A stretch of DNA of 64,000 nucleotides, taken from positions 4,583-68,582 of the forward strand of contig PQAF01000037.1 of assembly GCA_003105015.1 (NCBI GenBank), in the 5' to 3' direction. This DNA is from Rhodocyclales bacterium (GTDB lineage: Bacteria; Pseudomonadota; Gammaproteobacteria; Burkholderiales; Rhodocyclaceae). Position 1 is the stretch's first letter; each line of letters begins with the position of its first letter. This document shows positions 37,932 through 47,328 of the stretch, piece after piece. The notes beneath the pieces were generated by a model. The model searched no databases and was not told the origin of the DNA. It was given only the letters and a program-made list of their open reading frames with translations. A program made the position numbers and the translations under genes.

Positions 37932-39998
37932 ATGAACCTGCTGAAGGTCGTCAAGCGCGCCTGGCAGACCCTACCGCTTTCTGACCATCTTCGGTGGCGG
38001 ATCACGGCGTTGCTGCTGGATCCTATTCTGCCGTTGATCCGTGGCAGCGTCGTCCATTCGGCCTATCTCCGTGAGAAGGAGTGGCACGACCAGCGCATCC
38101 GCCCATTCCACGGTGACGCCTTTCCGACGCTTCCTGCGCAGGAGAAACCCGACGTCTTCTTCTGGGGCGTCATTGATTGGCGCTACCGCATACAACGGCC
38201 CCAGCATCTGGCGCGCGGGCTGTCAGGACGGGGGTTCCGTGTCTTCTACGTCTCGACCTCGTTTGTGAATGACCGGAAGCCCGGCTTCGAGTTGGAAAGC
38301 ATGGATGCGGAAGGCCGGCTTTACAACGTCAGGCTGCACCTGAAGGGCCGCCCTCGCATTTATTCGGCCCCGCCGGGAAAGGATGATTTCCAACGATTGA
38401 AGGCGAGCGTCGCGGCCCTGCTCGAGTGGACGGAAAGCCGGGAGATCGTTGCTCTGGTGCAGCATCCGTATTGGGCGCCACTTGCCGAGGTGCTGCCCGA
38501 CAGCCGGCTCATATACGACTGCCTGGACCACCACGAGGGCTTTGAGAATACCGGCGAGGGCATCGGTGCGCTGGAGCGCAGGTTGCTGGAGAGGGCGGAT
38601 GCGGTGGTCGTGACCTCGCAGTGGCTGCACGATTTAGCCGCCTTGCGCAACCGGAACGTCGCGGTCATTAGGAATGCCGCTGAGTTCGAACGTTTTGCGG
38701 CGCCTCCCTCCATGGTGTTCAGGGACCCTGCTGGCAGGCGTGTCATCGGTTACTTTGGCGCTATCGCAGAGTGGCTCGATGTCGACTTGCTGCGAGAGAT
38801 CGCTGGCGCCTTCCCGGAATGTCTTCTGCTTCTCGTCGGTGCCGACGAGTGTGGGGCTGGACAGCGGCTGAGCGATCTGCGCAATGTCCTGCTAACCGGT
38901 GAAGTTCAGTACGCTGACTTGCCGCATTTTCTGCACGGCATGGACGTGTGTCTGCTGCCTTTCCGCGTCACGCCGCTGACGCAGGCGACCAACCCGGTGA
39001 AAATCTACGAATACCTGTCTGCAGGCAAGCCGGTTGTGGCAGTCGACCTGCCGGAAATGGCCCAGTTCGGTTGCGTTATCGATGTCGCACAGACGCCGGA
39101 GGGATTCATCGAAAAGTTGCGTTGCCTGCTGGCGATCCCGCAGGAGAACGAGTCAGCCATCAGTGCCCGGAAGGAATTCGCCCGACAGCATACGTGGCAT
39201 CGCCGCGTGGATGACCTGGTCGGTGTCATTGATCGCCTGCCAAAGCCGTCGGCTAGCATCGTTGTTCTGACCTACAACAATCTCGAACTGACGCGGGCCT
39301 GCCTCGACAGCCTGGCGCGCTTTACCGATCCGCAGCTCTGCGAAACCATAGTGGTGGATAACGCTTCGACCGACGGCACGCAGGACTTCCTGCAGCGGTG
39401 GGCTGCAGGTGGGCACGGCAGGAGGCTGATCCTCAATGAGAACAATCGCGGATTTGCGGCCGGGAACAACCAGGGTCTGGCAGTCGCACAGGGGGACTAC
39501 CTTGTTCTGCTAAACAACGATACTGAGGTGACGCAGGGTTGGCTGACCACCCTGATGAATCATCTGCGCAGTAATTCAGACATCGGCATTGTCGGGCCGG
39601 TGACCGACAATATCGGCAACGAGGCGCGGATTGCACTGCGCTACACGAGCGTGGAGGAAATGCAAGGGGAGGCGCGCAGCTATACGCTTGCCCATATGGG
39701 AGAGCGGCTGCCGATCCGGACTCTGGCGTTTTTCTGCGTCATGATTCCGCGTGAGGTCTACCAGCGGGTGGGTCCGCTGGACGAGTCGTATGGCCTCGGC
39801 TTTTTCGAGGACGACGACTATTGCCGGCGCATCGAGCGGGCTGGCTGGCGCATTGCCTGTGCCGAAGACGTTTTTGTCCGGCACCATCTCTCGGCTTCCT
39901 TCGGCAAGCTCGGCAAGGGCAGGCGCGATTTGCTGGAGCGCAACCGGAAGATTTACGAGGCAAAATGGGGCCCATGGATTCCGCACAGGTACCGGTGA
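37932..39998 (+). CDS. Two-domain glycosyltransferase (GT-B/GT4-like plus GT2)
   Basis: N-terminal QRPQHLA, YDCLDHH, GYFGAI, NPVKIYEYL; C-terminal VLTYN, VDNASTDG, NRGFAAGNN, LLNND, FFEDDDY. Confidence 0.88.
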   Translation: MNLLKVVKRAWQTLPLSDHLRWRITALLLDPILPLIRGSVVHSAYLREKEWHDQRIRPFHGDAFPTLPAQEKPDVFFWGVIDWRYRIQRPQHLARGLSGRGFRVFYVSTSFVNDRKPGFELESMDAEGRLYNVRLHLKGRPRIYSAPPGKDDFQRLKASVAALLEWTESREIVALVQHPYWAPLAEVLPDSRLIYDCLDHHEGFENTGEGIGALERRLLERADAVVVTSQWLHDLAALRNRNVAVIRNAAEFERFAAPPSMVFRDPAGRRVIGYFGAIAEWLDVDLLREIAGAFPECLLLLVGADECGAGQRLSDLRNVLLTGEVQYADLPHFLHGMDVCLLPFRVTPLTQATNPVKIYEYLSAGKPVVAVDLPEMAQFGCVIDVAQTPEGFIEKLRCLLAIPQENESAISARKEFARQHTWHRRVDDLVGVIDRLPKPSASIVVLTYNNLELTRACLDSLARFTDPQLCETIVVDNASTDGTQDFLQRWAAGGHGRRLILNENNRGFAAGNNQGLAVAQGDYLVLLNNDTEVTQGWLTTLMNHLRSNSDIGIVGPVTDNIGNEARIALRYTSVEEMQGEARSYTLAHMGERLPIRTLAFFCVMIPREVYQRVGPLDESYGLGFFEDDDYCRRIERAGWRIACAEDVFVRHHLSASFGKLGKGRRDLLERNRKIYEAKWGPWIPHRYR

Positions 39999-40005
39999 TG
40001 AGGCG

Positions 40006-40851
40006 ATGAGCGCGATCGGCAGGCGACTGGTTTCGGTGCTGAAGGAACTGCGCAATGCCGCAACAGCCAGGCTCGAAGTGCTTGCCGGTACCGGCGAGGG
40101 CCAGACGATCTTTTGCTGCAATGTGTGCGGCCGGATGGCGAAGGTGGACAAGACCAGATTGACGCGCGAAGAACCGAGCTGCAGGTGCGGGTCTTCAGTC
40201 AGGCTGCGCGCCATCGTCCATCTCTTGACCATGGGGCTTTTCGGCAGGAGCCTGGCGATCCGGGACATACCTGAGCGTCACGATATCGTAGGCATCGACA
40301 TGAGCGGCGCTGCCATCTATGCCGGCCGGCTGGCTCGGCGACTTGGCTATACCAACACCTATCTGCATCGGGAGCCGCGGCTCGACATCACGGCTCCTGG
40401 AGCGGAATGGTTGTCGCGGTGCGACTTCGTCATCTCCTCCGATGTGTTCGAGCATGTCGCACCACCGGTTTCCGTGGCCTTCGACAACGTTCTGCGGTTG
40501 TTGAAGCCGGGCGGGCTTTTAGTGCTGACTGTTCCATGGGCGAAGGACGGCGAGACGATCGAGCATTTTCTTGAACTTGCCGACTATCGGCTCGAACGCC
40601 GGGGAGCGGACAGGGTTCTCGTGGGCCGCGCCCCAGACGGCAGGATTCGGGAGTACGGAAACCTCATCTTCCACGGCGGCGAGGGGGAAACCCTCGAGAT
40701 GCGCGTCTTCTCGGAATCAGGCATATTGGGTGAACTCGCGCGCGCCGGCTTCGGTGACATACGTATCCATGCCGAGCCTTGTGAGGAATTCGGCATCCTA
40801 TGGAAGCAGCCATGGTCATTGCCCATCACAGCGAGGCGTCCGCCTGCATGA
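40006..40851 (+). CDS. SAM-dependent methyltransferase with N-terminal Cys cluster
   Basis: CNVCG...EPSCRCGSSVR, SSDVFEHV, LLKPGGLLVLTVP, FHGG. Confidence 0.75.
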   Translation: MSAIGRRLVSVLKELRNAATARLEVLAGTGEGQTIFCCNVCGRMAKVDKTRLTREEPSCRCGSSVRLRAIVHLLTMGLFGRSLAIRDIPERHDIVGIDMSGAAIYAGRLARRLGYTNTYLHREPRLDITAPGAEWLSRCDFVISSDVFEHVAPPVSVAFDNVLRLLKPGGLLVLTVPWAKDGETIEHFLELADYRLERRGADRVLVGRAPDGRIREYGNLIFHGGEGETLEMRVFSESGILGELARAGFGDIRIHAEPCEEFGILWKQPWSLPITARRPPA

Positions 40852-41957
40852 CGCACAGATTCCTTTGCGTGGTCGGCACCCGGCCCGAGGCGATCAAGAT
40901 GGCTCCGGTCATACGGGCATTGAGGCGGAAGCCAGGACTCGGAGTGCGCGTGCTTGCCACGGCACAGCATAGGGAAATGCTTGATGAAACCCTCGCGCAG
41001 TTCGGGATCATCCCCGACATCGACCTCAACATCATGCGGCCGGACCAGACACTCGCCGATCTGACCGCCCGACTTCTCGCCGGCATCGACGCGGCGCTCG
41101 CTTCCGAGAGGCCGGATGTCGTCGTTGCCCAGGGGGATACCACCACGGTCTTCGCCTCAGCCCTTGCGAGCTTCTACCGCCGCATCCCTTTCGCGCACGT
41201 CGAGGCCGGTCTGCGTACGGGCGATTTCTCGAACCCCTTTCCCGAGGAGATGAACCGCAATTTCGCGGGGCGGCTCGCGGCGCTCCACTTCGCCCCGACT
41301 GCAGGTGCACGCGCCAACCTGCTTCGGGAAGGTATTCCCGATCACATGATCCATGTGACCGGAAACACAGTCATCGACGCGGTCCAATGGATGGCGACAA
41401 ACAATCCGGATCATGGCCTTCCGATCAACGGGGCGGCGCAGGTGATTCTGCTGACCTGCCATCGCCGCGAGAATTTCGGGAATCCGCTTCGGCAAATCCT
41501 GTCCGGTGTCAGGCGCTTGGCCGCAATGCATCCAGAGATCGCGATCGTTTATCCGGTCCATCCGAATCCCGGCGTAGCAGGTCCGGCTCGTCAATTACTT
41601 ACGGGAATATCCAACATTGTGCTGACGGAGCCATTGAGCTATGCCAAGCTTGTCGGCGTACTGAAGACATGCCATTTTGTGCTGACCGATTCAGGTGGGT
41701 TGCAGGAAGAGGCGCCGGCATTGGGAAAACCTGTACTCGTTCTACGCAACGAGACAGAACGTCCGGAAGCTGTCGAGGCCGGCATAGCCATCCTGGTCGG
41801 CCATGAAGAAGAAACCGTTGTACGGGAAGCTAGCCGATTGTTGAACGACAAGTGTCACTATCGGGCAATGGCGCGCGCGGTATCACCTTATGGCGATGGA
41901 CATGCAGGAGAGCGGATTGCGGAAGCGCTCACTAGCTGGTTAAGGCAAATAAAATAG
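40848..41957 (+). CDS. wecB: UDP-N-acetylglucosamine 2-epimerase (non-hydrolysing)
   Basis: GTRPEAIKMAP, TAQHREML, QGDTTT, HVEAGLR, PEEMNR, HRREN, TDSGGLQEEAP, NETERPE, YGDG. Confidence 0.95.
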   Translation: MTHRFLCVVGTRPEAIKMAPVIRALRRKPGLGVRVLATAQHREMLDETLAQFGIIPDIDLNIMRPDQTLADLTARLLAGIDAALASERPDVVVAQGDTTTVFASALASFYRRIPFAHVEAGLRTGDFSNPFPEEMNRNFAGRLAALHFAPTAGARANLLREGIPDHMIHVTGNTVIDAVQWMATNNPDHGLPINGAAQVILLTCHRRENFGNPLRQILSGVRRLAAMHPEIAIVYPVHPNPGVAGPARQLLTGISNIVLTEPLSYAKLVGVLKTCHFVLTDSGGLQEEAPALGKPVLVLRNETERPEAVEAGIAILVGHEEETVVREASRLLNDKCHYRAMARAVSPYGDGHAGERIAEALTSWLRQIK

Positions 41958-41987
41958 CTGCTGCCGACGAGAAGACTGCATCGGCGC

Positions 41988-42230
41988 TCAACGAGGGAAG
42001 GCGCGATCTCTCCATGCGAGGATCGGACGCTCAAAATGCCGCTCCACCAAGGCCGCCAACAATGTACTGCCGAACATGAAGGCGCTCCAGCGTGTAATTG
42101 CGCCATGCACGTCGCCAGGCTGCGTGTCGCCGGAATAATGCCGGATGAGATGGAATATCGGCATATGCGTCAAATACTAGGCATAGGGTAACCGGGCCAA
42201 GACGAGTGTGGGATTTAGCCGATCCAGCAT
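41988..42230 (-). pseudogene. 3' remnant of an acyltransferase-3 (O-acetyltransferase) gene
   Basis: Reads LARLPYA*YLTHMPIFH...LLAALVERHFERPILAWRDR, resembling the family C-terminus (SYxLYLxHxP...ExP); in-frame TAG at 42177-42179; N-terminal part missing. Confidence 0.65.
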
Positions 42231-42253
42231 CGATACTCATGCGCCAGCCACCT

Positions 42254-43567
42254 CTAATCAGAACGCAATCCCGCAAAACGACTCAGAACTTTATGTATAG
42301 CCCGCAATGGATAGGTCATCCGCCAAGCCCAAGAGGATTGGATTCCTGACAACTGTTTCTCGAGTTCGGCAACCCGAAGCTCCAGCAACCTAATTTTTTC
42401 CTGCATGTGACTCTCCAGGTGGCGACGCAGTATTTCTTCTTCCGACGGCTTTTCGAGCCGCCAACGGATGTAATCCGGCGTAAAGGCAAGTTCCCACGGA
42501 ACAAGATAATTCAGAAGGAAGAAGGCATAGGCGGACGCGTTGACCCTACCGGTTTCCGGTGTGATGCAATATCCGAACGGGCTGTCTCCATGAACAATGG
42601 CCCCGCGGCCGAGCAATAGTGCTTCAACCGCGATGCCGGAGTTGATGGTAATGATTTGCTTGCAGCGCATCAGGAAATCGAGCGACGATGGGGAGCGATC
42701 CACTTCCATCCCGGCAGGCAGGCCGCGAAGCAAGAAGTGGGAACCGGGATGCGTTCGCACGAGTACCGGTGACCTGATACTTTGCTGGGAAAGCAGGCGG
42801 CGCGCATGGTTGATGAGAGATATCGAGGAATGGTTATTGGCGTAGCAAACAATATTGCTGTCGTCTTCAATTTGGAGGCCCAACCCAAGATCGACGACCG
42901 GCTGACCGTTATCTTTCGGAAGTTGGACCATGAACAATCGACGCAAGGTCTCGACGGAATGCGAGGCGAGCAGTTCCCGGATCGTGCCGTTCTCGGTCGA
43001 TGTGAATCTGCTTTCCGACTCCGTGGTTCCGTTTACCCCCGAAAAGTCAAAGTAGGCGGTTTGCAGAAAGAATGGCGGACGAAGTGGTCCCAACTCAAAA
43101 TGTATAAGCGGCAATCCCCTGTCATGACATAGGTTCTTTAATGTGGCGCAATTGACGCAGGTAATCACTGCCTCTGGCTGGCCATGACTTGACCCGAACG
43201 TATCGAGAGCACTGGCCATGGCCGATCGCAACCCAGGATCGTTCTCTTGGCAGTAATGCCTTAGTGCGGCCAGAGGATTGGCGCCATGCCGGGCTTCGAA
43301 TGCTTGCCATACCTCCCTTGGAATAACCTGTAGTGACAGTTTTCCGAGCCCTGTCTGATCAGGCAAATTGTATCGGTACAGATTCGCCGTCGCTTCGCAC
43401 GCCTCAAACCGACCTTCGGCCAGCAGTTCGGATGGGTCGCGATAGTATTCGTCGCCAGAGATAAATCCAGCATGCGCGCCGAATTCGCTGACAAACTTAT
43501 AGAACCACCATAGATAGGGAGAGTGATTTCCCCTGAAATTCAGTGCTGGCAAGAAGACGGCAAACAT
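42254..43567 (-). CDS. Stand-alone GT99 (WbbB-type retaining beta-Kdo transferase) with short C-terminal coiled coil
   Basis: MFAVFLP..FRG..SPYLW.FYK, HFELGPLR, TAYFDFSGVNG, LQIEDDSN, RTHPGS, TINS, YLVP all match the WbbB N-terminal domain as I recall it; tail LELRVAELEKQLSGIQSSWAWRMTYPLR. Confidence 0.78.
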   Translation of the reverse strand: MFAVFLPALNFRGNHSPYLWWFYKFVSEFGAHAGFISGDEYYRDPSELLAEGRFEACEATANLYRYNLPDQTGLGKLSLQVIPREVWQAFEARHGANPLAALRHYCQENDPGLRSAMASALDTFGSSHGQPEAVITCVNCATLKNLCHDRGLPLIHFELGPLRPPFFLQTAYFDFSGVNGTTESESRFTSTENGTIRELLASHSVETLRRLFMVQLPKDNGQPVVDLGLGLQIEDDSNIVCYANNHSSISLINHARRLLSQQSIRSPVLVRTHPGSHFLLRGLPAGMEVDRSPSSLDFLMRCKQIITINSGIAVEALLLGRGAIVHGDSPFGYCITPETGRVNASAYAFFLLNYLVPWELAFTPDYIRWRLEKPSEEEILRRHLESHMQEKIRLLELRVAELEKQLSGIQSSWAWRMTYPLRAIHKVLSRFAGLRSD

Positions 43568-43592
43568 TCGATGCTTGTAGGGCTGATTGTGC

Positions 43593-44582
43593 TCAAGAAA
43601 GGGGCCAGCGGCATCGTATGATCCTGCCATCGAACCCTTCCGTCACTGCACAAGGGAAAAACTTCCGAAGCTTCTCGATGTCACCTTTGTCGTAATCCAG
43701 CTTCGGCAGGATTGCCGCTTTCTTTCTCACAATCACCGAAATATCGTAGCCTTCGCTCAGAACCGCGGCCTCGGCGCAATCGAAGCCGGCCAGTATGAGA
43801 TGGTAAAGAAGAATGCCGGCGTTCCACAGGGTTACGTGACCGCCAACAATATCGTACTTCAGCGGAGGGACGGTAATGGCTAATATTCCATCCTCAGTCA
43901 GATCCGCATAAACCTTTTTCAAAAAGATGTTTGGATTGGGCTGATGCTCTAGAATATGACATGCCCAGATACAGTCGAAGGTTTGGCCAAACTTATGCTC
44001 TAGATAATCCGCCTTGATCACATTCCTGACATCGTTGCTGTCGAAGTATACGGACGAACCGAGGTCGATGCAGGTCACCGACTTCCCTTGTTCCATGAAA
44101 AAACGGGCGTGGTCCCCGGCTCCGCTTCCGATGTCGAGAATGCTCTCAAAGGCAAAATGCTCTGCTAGGGTTTTCATGGCGGCACTGCCCCTTAACGAAA
44201 TGCAGGTGGCCGGAGAGTCGCTCTCGTGCGCCGAAAAACCCAGAAGCTGGCAAGGCGACCCTGAGACGATTGCATGGTCTGGAACAAAGCCATCCACGGT
44301 GGTGTGATTTTCAACCACAGCGTGACGACCAATTACTGCTCCTGCGCGAATCAGACAATGCTCCCCGATTTGCGCATAGTCGCCGATGCTGGCGCAGCCC
44401 TCGACATGCGTTTTCCTACCGATGGTCACTCCGATCCCGATGGAGTATGGGCGATCAAGACACTTCCGCAATGGGCAGCGATCGATTCGCACTTCTGGCC
44501 CGAGTGTTGCGGACCGCCGCAGGACTTGCCAAGACCAGAGGGACATGAGCAGATACAGGCCGGCACACAAGAATTTTTTCAT
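43593..44582 (-). CDS. Hexapeptide-repeat (LbH) domain fused to a SAM-dependent methyltransferase
   Basis: IGIGVTIG...IGDYAQIGEHCLIRAGAVIG...VPDHAIVSGSP then ILDIGSGAG, WACHILEH, GGHVTLW. Confidence 0.7.
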   Translation of the reverse strand: MKKFLCAGLYLLMSLWSWQVLRRSATLGPEVRIDRCPLRKCLDRPYSIGIGVTIGRKTHVEGCASIGDYAQIGEHCLIRAGAVIGRHAVVENHTTVDGFVPDHAIVSGSPCQLLGFSAHESDSPATCISLRGSAAMKTLAEHFAFESILDIGSGAGDHARFFMEQGKSVTCIDLGSSVYFDSNDVRNVIKADYLEHKFGQTFDCIWACHILEHQPNPNIFLKKVYADLTEDGILAITVPPLKYDIVGGHVTLWNAGILLYHLILAGFDCAEAAVLSEGYDISVIVRKKAAILPKLDYDKGDIEKLRKFFPCAVTEGFDGRIIRCRWPLS

Positions 44583-45454
44583 GGCATTGCGGTCAGAAAG
44601 CTCAGCCTGTCCTCGGAAAGCGAATAACCAAGGCGTTGCCATGCTTCTGCGGTTAGTGCGATGAGACGCTCCCGGTCGCGCCTGGAAACACGCCTTGATT
44701 TATCGATCGATGATGGGCCGATGGGGCGGTCGAGGGGATTCTTTCCATGCCCCATCCCCGAGTGAAGCTTATGGGAATCGACCATGCCATCCTCGTACTC
44801 GATGCCGAGTTCGCCACACAGTTCTTTGAGTATGTCGGCCGGCTGCCGGATGAAATCCTCGTAACGAATGACCGGCAGGCCAAGTGTGGCCAGCCTCCCC
44901 ATCCGGCGATTGTAGAATGCAGCAAAGATTTCTAATAAGTCCATGTAGGGTAAGCTGACGGCAACGCACGGGTCAATGTTCCCGAACCAGCGCGAGAGCC
45001 GCTCGATGTTGCCGCCCAAGGCCCGCGCGCGCTCAAAACAGCCGAGGCGCAATAAAAGCGACTCCCGCCGGGCTGTCTTTTGATCATCATAGGCAAGCAA
45101 GCTGGCAAATACAGCGACGGGATTTCGTGCCAGGACAAACCCGTTGAATGACCACCGATGTTCCCAAATTCCCTGCTTGACGAGAATTAGATCGCCATCA
45201 TGGACATTCAGCCCAGAGAGGATTTCATGGTGACAAGGAATGGTTTGATCCGGCCAATCCATGAAGAACCGGAGGCGCTTCTCTGATTCTGGGGAGTCAA
45301 TCAACTGGGCGGCGACATGGATGCGCGAATGCGCCCCAAGTGTCCTCAGCATGAGGGTTTCGCCGCCACGGGCAAGGCTTGCCATGTGGATGACCCGTGC
45401 GAACCCAAGGTTCCTTTCCGGTTTGCTGGCAAGGCCGGATAAAATATTCAGCAC
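44579..45454 (-). CDS. PAPS-dependent sulfotransferase-like protein
   Basis: ARGGETLM (5'-phosphosulfate loop like PRSGTT), RNPVAVFAS (3'-phosphate motif), RYEDFIRQP; co-operonic with cysC. Confidence 0.7.
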   Translation of the reverse strand: MLNILSGLASKPERNLGFARVIHMASLARGGETLMLRTLGAHSRIHVAAQLIDSPESEKRLRFFMDWPDQTIPCHHEILSGLNVHDGDLILVKQGIWEHRWSFNGFVLARNPVAVFASLLAYDDQKTARRESLLLRLGCFERARALGGNIERLSRWFGNIDPCVAVSLPYMDLLEIFAAFYNRRMGRLATLGLPVIRYEDFIRQPADILKELCGELGIEYEDGMVDSHKLHSGMGHGKNPLDRPIGPSSIDKSRRVSRRDRERLIALTAEAWQRLGYSLSEDRLSFLTAMP

Positions 45455-45461
45455 GGAAATT

Positions 45462-46688
45462 TCACCCCCCTTGGATTACCCACTCGAATGGCATATCTAC
45501 AAGCCCATGAGGAATGCGCATGGGGTTGGTTCCGGGGGCGGCTGAGACACGAAATGTGCAAACTCGCTGACCATGCCAAAGCGTAGTGCGATGTTTGTCC
45601 AGAAAGGCCAACCGCAGGTGGTATACCCCGGGAAGGAGAGCCATTTCTTGAAAGTGGCATTCGACTCGGTGACGGCCTGCTGGAAAGTCCGGAGGCGTGT
45701 TGAGACGACCGGTGTTGGCTGAGGCGATGTATACAAGATCGGATGTGTGTATCCCTATTATGATGTCCGGCTTCCAGAGATTGATCCGAGTGGAGAAGTC
45801 GATGACGATACGCGCATGCCCATGAGAGACGAGAACACCTGCGGATTCGCCCCCTTCGCCCATATCAAGCAGGATGGCATGAACCTCGATGTCGCCCGAG
45901 TCGGACAGCGTGGCAAGCGGCTTGTCGGCATCAGTCCGGCCCTGAATGAATTGGTGACTGCTTTCCTGATATGTACGGCATACCGCTTCACTGTCTCCCA
46001 GCAGCTTCACTTCACCCTGGTCTAGCCAGACGACTTTGCTGCATACCCGTTCAATTTGCTGGAGGTTATGGCTAACGAATAGCAGAACCTTGTCATGTCG
46101 GTTGAGGTAGCTCCCAAGCTTATCGATGCACTTGCGCTGGAAAGTTGCGTCCCCGACCGCCAAAGCCTCGTCGATGACGAGGATTTCCGCATCCGCATGG
46201 ATCATCGCAGCAAATGCCAGCCGGACGAACATCCCGCTCGAATAGGTGCGCACCGGCTGATCGATGAATTCCCCGATATCAGCAAAGACGGCGATTTCAT
46301 CGAAGCGCGCATCCATCTGGGCTTTCGTGAAGCCCATCAGTGCGCCTTGGAAATAGACGTTTTCTCGCCCGGTGAATTCTGGATTGAATCCGGCGCCCAG
46401 TTCTAGCAGCGCCGAGATGCGGCCGCTGACCTCGATTGAACCTGCGGTAGGCTTGAGGATGCCGCAGATCATTTGAAGCAGGGTGCTCTTGCCTGAGCCA
46501 TTGCGACCAATGATGCCGACAGTCTCGCCTCTTTTTATATCGAAGGAGACGCCTTTCAGCGCGACGAATTCGCGGTGATACTGCCGCAGGCCAAGACTCA
46601 GGAACTGCCTAATCCGGTCGCCGGGATGACCGAAGAGCCGGTAGGCCTTGCTCAGGTTGCGTGCGGAAATGACGACGTCAGGCGCCAT
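45462..46688 (-). CDS. wzt: Polysaccharide ABC transporter ATPase with C-terminal carbohydrate-binding (Wzt_C) domain
   Basis: GRNGSGKSTLL, LLELGAGF, YSSGM, IDEALAVGD, VSHN, then about 140 aa beta-rich domain (LLPGVYHL). Confidence 0.93.
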   Translation of the reverse strand: MAPDVVISARNLSKAYRLFGHPGDRIRQFLSLGLRQYHREFVALKGVSFDIKRGETVGIIGRNGSGKSTLLQMICGILKPTAGSIEVSGRISALLELGAGFNPEFTGRENVYFQGALMGFTKAQMDARFDEIAVFADIGEFIDQPVRTYSSGMFVRLAFAAMIHADAEILVIDEALAVGDATFQRKCIDKLGSYLNRHDKVLLFVSHNLQQIERVCSKVVWLDQGEVKLLGDSEAVCRTYQESSHQFIQGRTDADKPLATLSDSGDIEVHAILLDMGEGGESAGVLVSHGHARIVIDFSTRINLWKPDIIIGIHTSDLVYIASANTGRLNTPPDFPAGRHRVECHFQEMALLPGVYHLRLAFLDKHRTTLWHGQRVCTFRVSAAPGTNPMRIPHGLVDMPFEWVIQGG

Positions 46689-47328
46689 GGCCGGCTTCGG
46701 CTTGTGCAATGACGTTGCGCTCGCGCAGCAGCGACAGCAGGGTTGCAATGGATTCCCCGACGCCGGTTCGACTCGTGTCCAGCACCAGGTCCGGGCGCTG
46801 CGGCGTCTCATAAGGCGCCGACACGCCGGTGAAATGGGCGATGCCGCCGGCCCTGGCCTTGGCGTAGTTTCCCTTTTCGTCGCGCGATTCGCAGACTTCG
46901 ACGGGACAGCGGCAATACACCTCGATGAAATTCTCTGCGCCGACCAGTTCGCGCACCTTCCGGCGATCTGCCGCGTAGGGCGAGACGAAGGCGGCCAGGG
47001 TGATGATGCCCGCATCCAGGAACAGGTTCGCCAGTTCCCCGATGCGGCGGATGTTTTCCGCACGGTCCTTCTCGGCGAAGCCGAGGTCGCGGCACAGGCC
47101 GTGCCGGACATTGTCTCCATCGAGCACGTAGGCGCTGCGGCCTTCGGCGAAGAGGCGCTCCTCCAGCCCGTGCGCCAGGGTGGACTTGCCCGAGCTGGGC
47201 AGGCCGGTGAACCAGACCAGCACGCTGCGGTGGCCGCTGCGCGCCTCGCGCATCGCGCGGGTCACCTGCTGCGGGTGCCAGCGCAGGTGGGGATCGATGC
47301 TGCCGGGGGCGGGCTTGTCAGAGGACAT
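46678..47328 (-). CDS. cysC: Adenylylsulfate (APS) kinase
   Basis: WFTGLPSSGKST, LDGDNVR, DRAENIRR, FVSPY, NFTG-like HFTGVSAPYE. Confidence 0.95.
   Translation of the reverse strand: MSSDKPAPGSIDPHLRWHPQQVTRAMREARSGHRSVLVWFTGLPSSGKSTLAHGLEERLFAEGRSAYVLDGDNVRHGLCRDLGFAEKDRAENIRRIGELANLFLDAGIITLAAFVSPYAADRRKVRELVGAENFIEVYCRCPVEVCESRDEKGNYAKARAGGIAHFTGVSAPYETPQRPDLVLDTSRTGVGESIATLLSLLRERNVIAQAEAGHGA

Noticed and set aside
46765-46775. GGTTCGACTC resembling a tRNA T-loop
   Set aside because: Lies inside cysC coding sequence with no cloverleaf or CCA end.
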